From the human T2T-CHM13v2.0 reference genome, Homo sapiens: a stretch of 64,000 nt of DNA. The notes under the pieces are model-generated. The model saw only the letters and a list, made by a program, of their open reading frames with translations. It ran no database searches and was not told the origin of the DNA. The position numbers and the translations under genes are program-made. The stretch is taken from assembly GCF_009914755.1 (NCBI RefSeq), contig NC_060936.1; one strand, 5' to 3'. Each line of letters starts with the position of its first letter. Within the stretch, counting starts at the first letter, position 1. This document shows positions 15,501 through 27,785 of this stretch, in pieces.

Positions 15501-17122
15501 CACAGAGGCTCACCCAGTAGGCCTGCCCAAAACTGTATCAAAACCAAAGTTGTGCAATAAACAAGGCCCAAATTCAAGACTTGAGAAATGCGTTCAGATC
15601 CTATCTGAATCTGGCTAATTATCTCATCTTCCTATGGACACACCTCCCTAATTAATTTGGTATTTATTTTATTACTCTGAAAAGTTGATTATTTCTTCTA
15701 TCTCTCTCTGCATGATACAATGCATTGTCTCTCTGATGGTCTTAAAATCTAATGAAATCCTAAAATGAGATGAGAAAAAAAATCTGCTAAAAGGAGGAAC
15801 TAAATTGATTAATGTCCCCTTTTGAGGTTTTATATAGATCACTGTATTCAGTTCTCACAAGTCTATGAAGTTGGTACTCTTAGTAGCTCATTTTACCGAT
15901 GAAGAAGCTGAGGTTTCAAAAAGTCACATAGCTTGCCAAAAGACACAAAGCTAGTAGGGGATAGATCAAGGATTTGAATGTAAGCCAGGGCTCTTTGCCT
16001 TTCTGCAAGAGTGCCTCATTTTTGAGCTTGTTCATCTCTGGAACAAGCCACTCTGAGTCCTGGTCTCACGGACATGCTTTAGCAGAGGCTGCAAGACTGC
16101 AGGAGAGTGCCTGGACGACACACAGGGTCGCACCAGCTGACTCCAAGCATCTCATTCTGCACTTCTCTTCAGAACTGCCTTTCGCGGCACATAGAAAATG
16201 ATGCTGTGTTGTGTTTTGTTTTATTCAGAAGGTCCTTCCAGGTATGCAATTAAAAACCATCACATCCTCATTTTTTAGAAACTTCTCTCCTCTCTGAGAA
16301 GAACCCCTGCTTTCAACAGGGATGTTGATTTCACAGCATTTCATACAACCCCATACTCGGCACCTGTCTTGGGCCACTCACATTAGTAAAACACGTTAGA
16401 ACCACTGCTCCTCTTGAGAGATGCTGTAAAAGGCACTGGTGCAAATGAAAATAAAACATCACTTCAAAATTCTACCCAAAGATCAAAAGGCTAAATTAAG
16501 ATAGTGCCCTTTCAGTTCTCCTCAACTGCACCTTCAAAGCATGTTGTGAATGTTTAGCACATCGCTGGTACCAGAAGAAAACTCCAAGTTCATATTTTAG
16601 ATGAAAATGTCTTACTGCTCTTAACAGGTTCTGAGTCACCAGGCACTGTACGGGCAAGAACAACTCGTTGACCAATTTTTTGTTTGTTTGGTGTTATTTT
16701 CTGTTCAGCCAGTCACAGGAAATTTTCCACTTGACAATTCCTGTTTCTCACTAAAGTTCTTAACACCATCTGTGAGCAGTGTGCTCAGCAGGGGGAGGAC
16801 GGGGGGCCAAGGAGGACTTTCCTTCCCCAAACCTCAGTTTTCCCATCTGTTTTATGCAAGGTTTTTACCCAGGGATCTGGCTAACATTCTGTAAGCTCAG
16901 CTATCAAGGAGAAAGCAGCCCCATGAATAAACGAAGCATTTTAGAGACTGTCAGTTTCTGGGCGTGGGTCTGCTGCCAGATTTAAAATCTTTACATAATT
17001 TTGGGGTAAAACAAGAGATTTAGCTGAAATTAATAGCACAATGGGAAAATGAACTAGGGCTGAACAATAACACAGCGGGACTTCAGATTTGCGGCTGGTA
17101 AAGAAGCCTCTCTCGTTCTCAG

Positions 17123-17137
17123 GGCGCCCCCTCGTGG
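17123..17137 (-). promoter_or_regulatory. Candidate CTCF site
   Basis: Minus strand CCACGAGGGGGCGCC matches CCASYAGRKGGCRSY with one mismatch; local CpG retention. Confidence 0.55.
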
Positions 17138-19175
17138 CCGCTTGATTAAATCCTGACGGAATGTTCAGTTTCTGCAAATACAGAGAAAGACATCCCCCAA
17201 AAGAGAAAGGCGGACTCCTGCCTACTGATGCAAATCCCTTTCACTCTAACCTAGTCTGTGGATCAGACAGCTCAAGAACGCCTGACAGGAAGTCCCACTG
17301 ACGCTCAGAAAGGCGTCTGCCATAAGACAAGGGTTCGTTCGTTAGAAAGGTCTGAGGTAGTGCCCCAGCATTTAGACTTTGGGGTCCCTTCACAGACCCT
17401 AGACACACCCTTACCACTTCAACAACCCCTCATAGCCTCACATTCTCAACCTGCAGCTCGAACTGCGTCTGTTTTTCATTATTCTGCTTCCCACCTTCCC
17501 AGTGCGATTCTTCAGCAGCTATTAAGACAACATGAGCAGGGATCTAAGCTTAGTTTTTGCTTATTCAACATCCAGCCTGGGGAATATCACCTCAGAAGAA
17601 AAGCATGAATGAAGTGCACGTTTCCCAGCCTCTTCTTCCACAAACCTGAAATTGCCTTCATCAGAGGCCACCCTTACAACCCTCCCCTTTAACAATTTCA
17701 TCCTACGAAAATGGCACCTGCCCAGAGTGAATTCTCAACTACTTGCTTGCTGTAGAATTTATTACAGAGCCAGCTTTAAAAAGAAATGTACGCCATCTCA
17801 AATTTCCAATTAATTGATAACAGATTTTTTTTAAAATAACGTTATGGGACGAAGTTATATAGACCCAAACATCAAATCTGAGAAATGGGTTGGGAGGGCG
17901 TTATCCGGGTATCCAGATATTTGAGAATTTGGGGACTGAACTTTGCTGACTGGCACCCCCATGTTTTTTTCACAGAACTGTTCCTGCCGAAATGCAAAAG
18001 AAACATGTCAATACTAAGCTGCTATTTTATTTGACAGCTCATTTTCCTTTTTCCCTGCAGTCATTTGTTGTTTATAAGCAAACCTGAGCCTCCAAAACAC
18101 CCCCAAAAGTGCACACAAGGAGTCCCATAATCAGTTTCTGACTTTGGCCCTAAATCGATTAGAATACATCTGATCTGCTTCAAATCAAAGAACCATGTTA
18201 ATTTTCTGCCACACACCACACAAAATCTTTCTGCAACAGTCAGTCACTTTGAACCCAACTCTCTAGCCACAAGCAGTGTGGATTTCAAGGGCCTGTTCTG
18301 CAGAAGTGAAAATAACAACAAACCAAGGCTGGGACAAGGCAGACAGACCCCAAGGCACTCAAAGCACTCCTTGGAGCTGTGCAAATGGTGCCAGGACCCT
18401 GGCAGGGTGTCAGCTGTCACAAGAGCAGCGGGGCCAGACCCCTTCAGCGGTTTGGTAGCCCTGCAACCAGGAGCTGAAACACAACTGAGCCTGCTGCAAC
18501 TAAGCACAGCTATCTCTGTAGCTACCCATGCCCTGGACATTTCGGTCCTCCCAAAGCCATGATGCAAACTGTTAGAATCCTCAGGCTTGCAGTAGTCTTT
18601 ATTTTTGCTCCCTAACCTTGTCTCAAAAACAGGCAAGAGTCGCCCTCCCTTGCAGTCACAGCAGTATCAGGGCGATGCAGAGTCTGAGTGGGAGGATGCA
18701 GAGCAAGGAGCTGCGGGCAGATGGGTGGAAGGGGGTAGGGACACCTACAAAACACCGGACTTGAGGGGCTAGCTCCTAGCTGGGAATGTGGTTCTTTGGA
18801 GAGTTGTGGAAATAAGACGTTTCGGGGCATGGTCTAAATGAGTGCCTGCGAGGGAGAGAGACCCCGGCCGTCCCAACGCTGCAAAGTGTTTGCAAATCTA
18901 AAACATTCCTTTGCTGCTAGGATTAAATTTTTAAAAACAAACCAAAAAATAAAATAAAATATGTGCAGACAGGATGTAACAAGTGTTTCAGGACAGAGAC
19001 ACGCCTGAGTCACGGGGTGCTGGAGAAAGAGTGAGGAGTCTGTCTCGGGGCTTCCAAATGAGCCCCCTCTCTGTCAAGAGAGCCCCAGGGCGCACAGACC
19101 CCCGCCTCGCACGCCCTCAGTCCCCGGCCGCGTCCACCCAGCGCCCCCCGCACCCTCCAGGATTGCCCCACTCAC

Positions 19176-19415
19176 CACTCGGCCAGAAAACCTCTCGGTG
19201 GCCCGCTTGACTTTGCCGTAGGTGCCTTTGCCCAGGGTCTCCTGCAGCTCGTAGCGGTGCTTCAAGTTGTGCTTGTGGTGATGCCGCTTCACCCCGTGCG
19301 GCTTCCTGGGCTCCAGGGCTGCAGTCGCCCCCGCCACCGCCTCTCGGGGAGAGCCCGGCGCCCCCAGCCCCAAGTCGGGGCGGTCCCCCGCCACAGGCGC
19401 GGCGGCCCCTTCCAT
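19176..19415 (-). CDS. NUAK1: NUAK family kinase 1 (ARK5), coding part of exon 1 (aa 1-80, start of kinase domain)
   Basis: Translates [80 protein letters not shown], matching the recalled human NUAK1 N-terminus, including the GKGTYG glycine-rich loop. ATG at 19415 (gacATGg). Ends in phase 0 at donor GTG|GTGAGT (19175-19170). Confidence 0.97.
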
Positions 19416-19957
19416 GTCCAAGCGCGGGGCGAGCCGGGCTACAGAGGGCAAGACCGGGCACAGCGCTGGGATGTCGGGGTCCCCACCGAGGGAAGCCGCT
19501 GTACGCTCAAGGTCGCCCCCGCAGCATCAGGGAGGCGGCCCGATACCGCTCGGACTGCGGCTCGGTCACTGGCGGCGGCGGGGACTGCACATCTGGCGCC
19601 CGCGGCGCGCACGGTCCGCGCACCGCCCCCCGGCCGCGGCGAGCTGTGGAGCGTCGGGCGAGGTGGCGGCGGTGGCAGGGGAGGCGGTGGTGTTTGCAGG
19701 AGGGAGGGGAGAGGGTGGCTCGCAGCGCAGGAGGGGGAGTGTTATGTGGGGCGCCGCGCCCCCCAACCCCTCCCCGGGAGGACGCGCAGACGGGGCGGGG
19801 GCGGCGCTCGCGCGGCCCCAGGGGAGGGGGAGCGAGGGGCGGTGCAGCCAGGGCTTCCCCCACCTCCCTGCAGCCACCCGGGGCCGGGGCCGCCGTGAGC
19901 TGGGAGGGGGATGGGAGCGTGTCGCGACTCGCCCTTTGTGCGGCGCGGCGTAGGCCA

Positions 19958-19978
19958 CGGCGGCGGCGGCGGCGGCGG
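19958..19978. repeat. (CGG)7 trinucleotide repeat
   Basis: Seven uninterrupted CGG units in the CpG island. Confidence 0.9.
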
Positions 19979-21708
19979 CCAGGAGTGCTTTGTCCTCGCT
20001 GGGCCGGAAGGGACCGGGAAATTCCAAGCCGGGCGCCCCCTCCCCGGGCGCTCTCGGGCTCGCCAGTCGCAGCTACCGCGGGCCCTCCGCCGCCTCGGGC
20101 TCCGGGGCCGGTCGCTCGGCCTGGATTCCTGCTGGCGCCGGGGCGGCGGTTGCGGCTGGCCGAGCCCCGGGGCCGGGGAAGAAAGAGCGCCGCGAGCCGG
20201 GGGCCGCCGGGACCTGCTCGCGATACGGCCGGGGCCGCCGCGGGCCTGGGCGCCCCTTCATTTTCTTGTAGGTGTCGCCGCAGCCTGGCGGCCGGAGCTG
20301 GGGGAGGGGGCAGGGAGGCCTGGTGTTCGGTTACAGGCGGTGACTCACGGACCTTGCCCGCCCGAGGCTGGCACCCCGCGGGGCAGAGCTGCGCCCGCCT
20401 GGGGCAACTCCGAGTCCAGGAGAACCCCAAGAGCGGCGCTTTGGCCCCGGCCCCCGCGCCCTCTCCGAAGAAAGGAGAGTCAGGGACGGAGGGAGGCCGG
20501 GAGGCTGAACCCCGGGCCCGCCGTCGAACCGCCGGCCCTCCGACACCATCTGGACCCCGGCGGGGACAGCCGCCTGGAAGGGGAGGAAGGCCAGGGACGT
20601 GGAAGAGATGGGGCTCTAAAGGCGCCGGGACGGAGCTGGCTCCCCAGAGGCGCCCACCCTGCCAGCGAAGGCCGCCATCGGAGGTGGGCAAACCAGGGAC
20701 CTGGGGTGGACCAGGACCCCGGGCCTGCTGAGCAACCCGTTTGCTGAGCAGGAGGCGATTTGCAGGCCTCTTGCCTCCTTAGGCCTTGGGAGATTTCCTT
20801 TCACTGAAAGGGCCAGATCCTGGCGATGGTGACAGGAACGGTACCCCGCACGGTAAGGGTCAGGCAGGAAGGGCCTCCCACCGCGGCGTGGCTGCCGCCG
20901 TTCTAAGAAGAGACCATGAAAAATAAGGAAGAAGGCTAGAGAAAAAGAGGTCTTAGGGAAATTTTTTTTTTTAACAAGTGGTGCAATGTACCAGACTAGG
21001 GTGGGAAGAGTGAAGGCTGAAGAAGGTCTGGTGTTCTGCAGATCGCATGGCGGTTCTTTTCCACCAGTGGACCTCACTGGGGCCTCCTCTGCAGCTCTCA
21101 GGTGCAGCCCTTCCTCTACATTCCCGCCGCCTTCATTCCTGTCTACCCCTGGTCACCTTACCCCGGACTCCAGCAACAGCCCGCTCTCCCCAACCCTCCC
21201 CGGGAGCCTCCTCACTGCTGCCAGAGTAATGGCCTGAAACACTGCCCTCATCCTCCACACGTGTCTCTGCTGTACTCTGACGCGTGATATTCTTACCTGT
21301 CCAAACTTTCCTTCTACTGATATTTCACACAAACTTCCCTGCCCCTTCTTCCCTTCCCCAGGAGCAATGACAGAACACAGACACAAAGGCGCATCATGCC
21401 TATTCAATTCCTATTCTGTCCACCGCATTTGCAGGGCCTCCCTGCCACCCACCCCCATCCTGAAACTGTTCTGCTTCTATACAGTTTGTGGACGTTGTGC
21501 CTATAGATCCCACAGTCAGGATGAGTGGCATGCAGGTTGAGTCCTGGCTTCCCAGAGGATTGGCTGTGTGGCCTTGGTCAAATGACATAACCTCTCAGAG
21601 CTTCGGTTTTCTCTTAAGATATGGATTAGCAGATCTATTGTAGAGATAAACACATTGTGTCTACAGTAGTATTTTAAAATATTTTCTACTTCTTCCCCTC
21701 CCCTGCGA

Positions 21709-22045
21709 TGTGGTAGAAATCCACTACCCCATCCTCTTGAAGTTAGATGAGACCATCGGACTTGCTTAGGCCAATGGAATGAGAGCAGAAGTGATTGTGT
21801 TGCTTTCACTTGGAACCTTTAGGAGCCAGTGAGCAAATCCCCATGTCTTCTTTTTCCTATCTTGACAATCATGGTGGTACAAAGTTGGAGCCTCCCCAAG
21901 CCAGCCTGAGTCTCTGTGTAAAGATGGCAGAAAATCCCAGCCAATCTGCATTGGAAAAGTAGTGTCAGCAAATATTAAACTTTATTTATGTTAAGTCAGT
22001 GGGATTTGTTAAAGCAGCATAACCTGGCTTATTCTGGCTGATAGT
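21709..22045 (+). mobile_element. MLT1-type MaLR LTR
   Basis: ggccaatggaatgagagcagaagtga core and ...ttgttaaagcagcataacct...gctgata end. Confidence 0.65.
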
Positions 22046-22640
22046 GTTACTCCCAGATATGTGGGACTTCATCAGTATCTATTGAATCAACAGCATCATC
22101 TACCATAGGCTGGTACTGTTTTATGACAGTAAACCCTCCTCTGTAAAGTAGCTGTTTACAATCCCTATTTTCAATTGAAGAAACCGTATCAGAAAGGTTA
22201 AGTAATTTCCCAGAGGTTACACAGTTTGTAAATGGCAGGACCAGGATTTAAACCCTACCTGTCCAGTTCCAAAGCTCCCCCTTCTCCTTCCATATATGCC
22301 ATGCTCCGTCTCCTTAAATGGGAAGGATGAAAAACACCCAGTACAATGCCTAGCACACAGTCATGCCCAGGCACTGGGAGTTCCTCTCCAGACTGAATTC
22401 CTACCACGTTTATAATTGGAACCACACTTCAGCACAATGCTATCAGGCATTGTGTGTGAATGTTTTCACATCGATAAAGCATTTTCTCCAACAAGAGCCC
22501 AGGCTCCTTGATTAAGAGCTTCAGATCTAGAGGCAGAGTGACTAGGTTCAAATCCCTGTTCCACCTCTTATGATCATCTTGGATAATTGTTTTCCCCCTC
22601 TATGCCTCAGTTCTCTAATCTGCAAAGTGGCGATGGTAAC

Positions 22641-23105
22641 TTTCATGTGCGTCTGTGTGAAGAGACCACCAAACAGGCTTTGTGTGAGCAATAAAGCTTT
22701 TAATCACCTGGGTGCAGGCGGGCTGAGTCCAAAAAGAGAGTCAGCAAAGGGAGATAGGGGTGGGGCCGTTTTATAAGATTTGGGTAGGTAAAGGAAAATT
22801 ACAGTCAAAGAAAGGGGGGTTGTTCTCTGGCGGGCAGGGGTGGGGGTCGTGAGGTGCTCAGTGGGGGAGCTTTTTGAGCCAGGATGAGCCAGGAAGAGCC
22901 AGGAAAAGGACTTTCACAAGGTAATGTCATCACTTAAGGCAAGGGCCGGCCATTTTCACTTCTTTTGTGGTGGAATGTCATCAGTTAAGGCAGGGCAGGG
23001 CATTTTCACTTCTTTTCTGATTCTTCAGTTACTTCAGGCCATCTGGGCGTATACGTGCAAGTCACAGGGGATGCGATGGCTTGGCTTGGGCACAGAGGCC
23101 TGACA
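22641..23105 (-). mobile_element. Solo LTR7 (HERV-H LTR), inserted in a MIR
   Basis: Minus strand begins TGTCAGGCCTCTGTGCCCAAGCCAAGCCATCGCATCCCCTGTGAC and ends TTTGGTGGTCTCTTCACACAGACGCACATGAAA. Perfect 5-bp TSD GTAAC at 22636-22640 and 23106-23110. Confidence 0.93.
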
Positions 23106-23165
23106 GTAACAATGTATGTGGTATTAGCAATTACGCCAATAACACATCCCACAGGGTTGGTATGA

Positions 23166-23553
<388 letters not shown>

Positions 23554-23789
23554 TGGGGCAATTTTAAGCAGTTTAATCATACTGCTTGGTTAGACTCTGA
23601 TTTCTGGTTTTGTTCTTGGATACAGGACAGATGTAGTAACATTGGCACTTGAAAGTGTGACATCCACACTATCCTACATCTTTTATTTACATAAGGCTCA
23701 TTACTGGTCCTTCACTGCACTTTCTATTTTCAAAGCAATTTAAAAGAAAGAAGGTATGTTCGCTTTCTCAAGAAATCGTTGTTCAGGAA

Positions 23790-24417
23790 TCCTGTCATTC
23801 AGGCAGCATAGATGAGCTTGGAGGACATTATGTTGAGTGAAATAAGCCAGGCACAGCAAGACAAATACCACATGTTCTCACTCATATGTGGAAGCTAAAA
23901 AAGTTAATCTCATTGAAGTAGAGAGTAGAATTGTGGTTACTAGAGGTTGGGGGAGGGGACAGGGATAGCCAAAGGTTGGTTAGCGAGCACAAAATTACAA
24001 CTAGATAAGACAAATAAGTGCTCATCTTTGATAGCACTGCAGGGTGACTATAATTAATAATTTAATTGGGAGGATACAATAAATTAGTAATTTATATTGT
24101 GTATTTAAGAACATACAGTAGAATATTATATTGTATATATTCATTATTGATTGTATATATTTATTTATTGTATGTTTATAATTTATTGTATATAAATTAT
24201 ATACAATATATTGTCTATATTAATAATTTATTTTATATATTCAGATAGCTAGAAGAGCAGATTTTGAATGTTCCCAACACAACAAAATGATATATGTTTG
24301 CTATGTGAATAACCCTGATTTGATCATTACACGTTGTATGCATGTATCGAAATATCACACTGTGCCCCATAAATATGTACAATGATGTGTCAGTTAAAAA
24401 TAAAAGAAAAAAAAGAA
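23790..24417 (+). mobile_element. L1MA-like 3' end with AT-rich internal expansion
   Basis: ggaggacattatgttgagtgaaataagccaggcacag...ctcactcatatgtggaagctaaaaaagt; ends in an A-rich tail. Confidence 0.8.
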
Positions 24418-24849
24418 ACATTTGTTCAGAAAACATAGTAGTAGCAGTCATTATTTATTTACTACCTACTACATTATTTATTTACTACCTAGGACCCCTA
24501 CATATGCATATCGCCCTGCTAATCATCGTAAAACTGCAAGGTGGGTGTTATGTTGCCCATTTTGCTACTGAGAAATCTGAGTCTCAAAGAGGCTAAGTTG
24601 CCTGTGATCAAACAGTAACTGCAGTCAGGATTTGAACGCGAGCCTCCGACTCTAAGGCTTTGCTCCAACCCCTATCCCGAGCTCATGTCAATTAATGCCT
24701 GTGCTTTGGCTGATAACTGTTCTTACACTTTGCTAGATGAAGTTTTGAAAAGTTACCTAAGACTGTGATGTTTCTAACTTAAACATGTGGTCTGGTGGAC
24801 AATTTACTTTAAATAGCAAGCTAAATAAGTGCTTAGTCTTCACTGTAGT

Positions 24850-25271
24850 GGAAGGAAGATAATTGCAACCAAAAATTCATGCTGCTTCATCCATAGAGCT
24901 GACAGACGGCTGCTCAGCCAGGGACAATGCCCAGCCTCCCATACATCGAAGTGTGGCCATGAGACTAGGTCTCTCTAATGGAACATGAGCAAAAGTGATG
25001 TTTTTTGCTTCCAATCCAGGGTGTTTAAAAAGTGGGTGTGCCTTCTCTGCATTGCCTAGCTGGAAACAGAGGACTTGGAGGCCCTAAGTGGATGGTGAAG
25101 CCATAAGATAAAAGAAACTTGGGCCACTACTTCACCTTAAGAAATAAAGTCATTCTCTGACCAGGACATTGGACTGGTGCATCAGTGAATAATAAACTTA
25201 ACTGTATTGTGTTAAGCCCGTGCAATTTGAGGGTTTATGTCATGACAGCTAGTACTACCCTAACTAATACA
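24850..25271 (+). mobile_element. MLT1-type MaLR LTR
   Basis: tgtggccatgagactagg...aatggaacatgagcaaaagtga; terminal ...ctaactaataca. Confidence 0.6.
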
Positions 25272-27133
25272 TACGGTTTACACCAAATCTGTATGTACAC
25301 AGAAAAAGCAAAATGGAAGATTATAACAAGTACCTGAATAGTTGAAACCCAAAATGACATTTTTATTTTCTCTCTGTTTATTCAAGGAGATACCAGATTA
25401 TTTAGGGTCTTGAGTTTTTCTTTTATTTTTCCTGCATTGCTTGTGTCAGAGATTAAATACGAGTAGTATTCAACAGTCATAAAACAGGAAGAAACAAATT
25501 TATTCATTCCACAGTATTTTCCCATACATGTCAGGCACCTGGGGCTGAGAATGTGCTGGGGCAAGACAGGTCTGATCTCATCTTCATGCAGCTTCCAGTC
25601 TACGAGTAGTAAGTACAGTTGATAGCATTCAACTGACCTCCAGCCATCAAACTTCTTGGGATAACCCAGGCTACTTGAGTGCAGACTAGATAACTAAAAT
25701 AAAACTAAAGCTTACTCACAAATCCAACAGAAAGCTATGTTTCTTCCCCCTGCTAAGTGGCTAGAGAAACAAGAATGATGACTAAGGGCAGAGACTCCAG
25801 AATCAGAAAAACCCGAGTACAAATGCTGACTGTCCCACTTTCTATCTATGTTCTCTTGGTCAACTTCCTCTTTGTTTCTCAGTTTTCTCAGCTTTAAGAT
25901 GGGGGCATTAGTAATACCTGTCTCAAAGGGTTTTTTGTTGTTGAGGATTGGATGAGTTAATTAAAAAAAAAAAGCACAAGATCAGCAAGATACGAGTAGT
26001 AGCACCCAATAAATGTAGGCTGTTTTTTTGGGTTTTTTTGTTTGTTTGTTTGTTTTGTTTTTTTGCCACCTGCCCACTGGTATTCTATTCTGTATATAAA
26101 AGGATATAAGAGAAGGCCTTTCTATGGAGGTTGACAGGTGACATCAGGAAACAGAAGTATAAATAGAATCAGTGGATATTTACAAGGGTCAACAGAAATA
26201 GCTCAGATGGAGTTTTAGTTTTAATTTATCTCATGCATTTGATGGTTGAGAGGGCCCATTGAGCCTGTTGGGAAGAGTGTCAGTCTGGGGAGCCACCTCA
26301 GTGGGTAACCGATGGAGCAGATGACTGATGACACCCTCCAACACTGACATTCTTGATTCCTTTTGGAGATGTCAGGCTTCCGTTCCTTGCACATTCCTTC
26401 TTGCCTTCCTCCTGCACATATGAATGGGATGGAGCACGTGGACAGCTGGCAGCAGTCCCATTTGCCTTGTTTTCTCTGTTCTAAACCCTGTACTGAAAAA
26501 TAAGATAGCTTCTTCCTGGGGAATAAAACAGCAGGGATTCGTTGGAAGTTTCTGTTATCAAAAAAAAAAGAAACTGAAAGGTGATAAATTCCTGTCAACA
26601 GATAAGGCACTGGCAGGACTCCAGAGCAGAAACAACACCGTGCCACCCTGGAAAGAGTGGCTGCCAGAAAGTCGCAAGAGTAAAAATGTCACGTGCAGGG
26701 ACGTGCTGGGGTCGGGTGGGAGAAAAACTCTAATTGGCTACAATGGAAGAGGCTTAGGCTTTCACTGAGGTTAAATAGGGTTCTGGGCAGGGTGGGGTCC
26801 TTTCTCTTGCTGAATAATGCACACATTCCTTTCCCTTCATGGTTCTCAGGGTTTCATGTCTCTTGGCCTTTGCACATGCTATACCCAATTCCTGGGACCC
26901 CTCATTTCCTGGCCTCCAGATGACAAACTTCTACCATCTCAGAGACCTAGCTGAGGACGTCACCTCTCCCCTGATCCTGGGCTGGGCAGAACTGAAGGCT
27001 CAGTTCTCCTCTGTCCCCAGAGCACTCGGTTCCTGGGTCTATTATAGCACTTACCACATGGTATTACAATTACTCAATTGTGTGCCCAGCTCCCTGCAGT
27101 TGCCTGGAAGCTCCGGAATGGCAAGGTCTAGAA

Positions 27134-27425
27134 CAGCACTATCCAATAGAAATATAACGCGAGCCACATAAATAATTTTAACTTTCCTGGCAGCCATGTT
27201 AAAAACAAGTCAAAAACAAGAGAAATTAACTTTAATAATATAATATTCGAAATAGTAATAAACATATTACTATATTACTATAAAATAAATAGTAACAATA
27301 AAATATTTGGAATAGTTTAATTTCAATATGTAATTAATATAAACAACTCACTGATAAGATATTTTACATTTTTCTGTGCTCAATCTTCAAAATTCATTAT
27401 GCATTTCACACTTAGAGTATTCTCA
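27134..27425. mobile_element. MER33-like hAT DNA transposon
   Basis: cagcactatccaatagaaatataacgcgagccacata terminus. Confidence 0.65.
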
Positions 27426-27716
27426 ATTCAGAGATAAATTTTCAATGATTAAACTGAAATGCAACTCTAGCAAAACAATAAAGTTGTATTTAATAAAATT
27501 TTCATTTGAAAATTTAAATTTAAAAAATCTGAAGCAGTGTAAAATATATTTACAGTTGATTATATAAAATTATATAACATTACTTATATTTATTTTATAC
27601 ATATATATTTATTTTATATATATTTTATATATCCAACAGTATAGAGCTAGATCTTATTCTTCTAAGAGAAGCATAGGTCTGGCTTGTAGTGGGTGCCTTA
27701 GGAATGTTGAACAGAT

Positions 27717-27785
27717 GTATGGATGGATGGGTGGGTAGATGGATGGATGAATGGATGGACGGATGGATGGACGGATTGATCGATG
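27717..27785. repeat. (GGAT)n microsatellite, imperfect
   Basis: Run of ggat/ggac/gaat units. Confidence 0.85.

Larger units (their letters stand above)
19050..20900. promoter_or_regulatory. NUAK1: CpG island: NUAK1 promoter and 5' UTR
   Basis: Very high GC and CpG density, GC boxes (GGGGCGGGG near 19792-19801), AP-1 TGACTCA at 20341-20347; overlaps exon 1. Exact TSS cannot be read from sequence. Confidence 0.92.

Noticed and set aside
19074-19175. Continuation of the NUAK1 ORF past codon 80 in the ORF track
   Set aside because: Read-through into intron 1 beyond a canonical GTGAGT donor.
19257-21077. Long ORFs (up to 394 aa) on both strands of the CpG island
   Set aside because: Low-complexity Ala/Gly/Pro/Arg translations in several overlapping frames, expected from stop-codon scarcity in GC-rich DNA; no recognisable domain.
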